NCBI GenBank assembly: GCA_016218805.1
Contig: JACRCW010000012.1
Coordinates: forward strand, 1-41,367
Direction of reading: 5' to 3'
DNA: 41,367 bases
Origin: Deltaproteobacteria bacterium
GTDB lineage: Bacteria; Myxococcota; JACRCW01
Shown here: in pieces, positions 40,421-41,367 of the stretch
Layout of the letters: every line of letters begins with the position of its first letter
Position numbering within the stretch: position 1 is the stretch's first letter
Notes under the pieces: model-generated
Seen by the model: the letters and a program-made list of their open reading frames with translations, nothing else
Told to the model about the DNA's origin: nothing
Databases searched by the model: none
Program-made: the position numbers and the translations under genes

Positions 40421-40590
40421 GGCCGGCATCAGCCCCGGGGGGTCCCGTGAGCCACGTTGTAGACCAGTTCGGCAGGAGCACCGAGGCACTCGCCCCGGCG
40501 CGCGCGGGTGGCAACTGGGGTTTGGCAGCCGCTGCATTGCCAACAGATTAGACGCGCCGCCCCCGAGCCCGAGCCGGGGAAGGAGATGAC

Positions 40591-41268
40591 ATGGCCAAGG
40601 ACGAAGCATTCAATGACAACGTCACGCGGCTCACCCGGGTCGCGGAGCAGATCCTTGATGACCCAGAACTCCTCGAGGGCTACCTCGATGTCGGCGGCCT
40701 CAAGGAGGACCTGGAGAACATCAAGGGCCACGGCGTGGACGCGGCGGCCGCCAACCAGGGACATAGCCAGAAGCGCGGTGACGGGAAAGGCGCCACCACC
40801 GAAGCACTGATGGCGTTCCTGCAACTGCAGAAGGACTACGCGGACGTGATGAGCATCGTGCAGGCGGTCCACGGTGATCTCAAGGAAGCCGGGGCTTCCC
40901 AGTCAATGCTCGCCCGCGTCCAGGCCATCCTGGAGGATGAGACCCAGACTACGCTCACCAACCAGGGCAACGACGGAAAACGCTCCGCCCGCAAGGTGCG
41001 CGCGCACGACACCATCCGCGCTGAGATTGAGAAGGACGGCAAAGCACTCCTCGCATTCACCGAGATCCACGAGCGGCTCCTCAAACGCCGTGTTCCGCTG
41101 GAGCGAATGAAGAAGCTTGCTTCGGATGCCGAGGACCTTGACGGGAAGCTCGGCGTCCGCCTGATCAAGAAGGGCGCCGCCAAGACCGCCACCGCGGAGG
41201 AGAGGGAAGCTGTGGCAAAGCAAAAGGGTTCTCCTGACAATTGGGTGAGGCACGTCGTGGCTCCGTAG
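40591..41268 (+). CDS. hypothetical alpha-helical protein, C-terminus possibly replaced by an insertion
   Basis: AAGGAG RBS and charged coiled-coil composition. The last about 13 codons lie in lower-GC sequence. Confidence 0.75.
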   Translation: MAKDEAFNDNVTRLTRVAEQILDDPELLEGYLDVGGLKEDLENIKGHGVDAAAANQGHSQKRGDGKGATTEALMAFLQLQKDYADVMSIVQAVHGDLKEAGASQSMLARVQAILEDETQTTLTNQGNDGKRSARKVRAHDTIRAEIEKDGKALLAFTEIHERLLKRRVPLERMKKLASDAEDLDGKLGVRLIKKGAAKTATAEEREAVAKQKGSPDNWVRHVVAP

Positions 41269-41367
41269 TGAGATATCATGCAGGAACCGGGGTCTTGTGG
41301 ACTGATTGGAGAACAAGACCAGAGCAGCAGAGGAATATCATTGCAATGAGATTGGCTGCATTGTGGA
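41226..41367. mobile_element. possible end of an insertion sequence or foreign segment
   Basis: Abrupt GC drop starting at GGGTTCTCCTGACAATTGGGTG. No transposase or partner repeat is visible in the window. Confidence 0.3.

Overview
High-GC chromosomal window, probably from a Myxococcota/deltaproteobacterial genome (inferred from gene content). It has about 30 genes. Core genes: a stand-alone error-prone polymerase dnaE2 with a LexA-like box, uvrB, hslO, a TipA-type MerR regulator with a textbook 19-bp-spacer promoter, a methionine cluster (Hcy-methyltransferase/MetF fusion, methyltransferase, ArsR-methyltransferase SahR/SamR-like regulator, metH) and a 2-oxoacid dehydrogenase operon with two E1-alpha genes, E1-beta and E2. 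Several secreted or lipoprotein genes carry low-complexity linkers. Most notable: an orphan 90-aa plesiocin-like graspetide precursor candidate with three TTxxxxEE cores, divergent from uvrB; a lipoprotein with five 8-Cys modules next to a Ser/Thr pseudokinase; a second E1-alpha lacking the active-site His; a sensor-less hybrid kinase with a degenerate ATP-binding domain; TCGA avoidance that is relaxed in uvrB; and a possible IS end at the right edge. No rRNA, tRNA or CRISPR array was seen. All family assignments come from motif recognition by eye, not from database searches.
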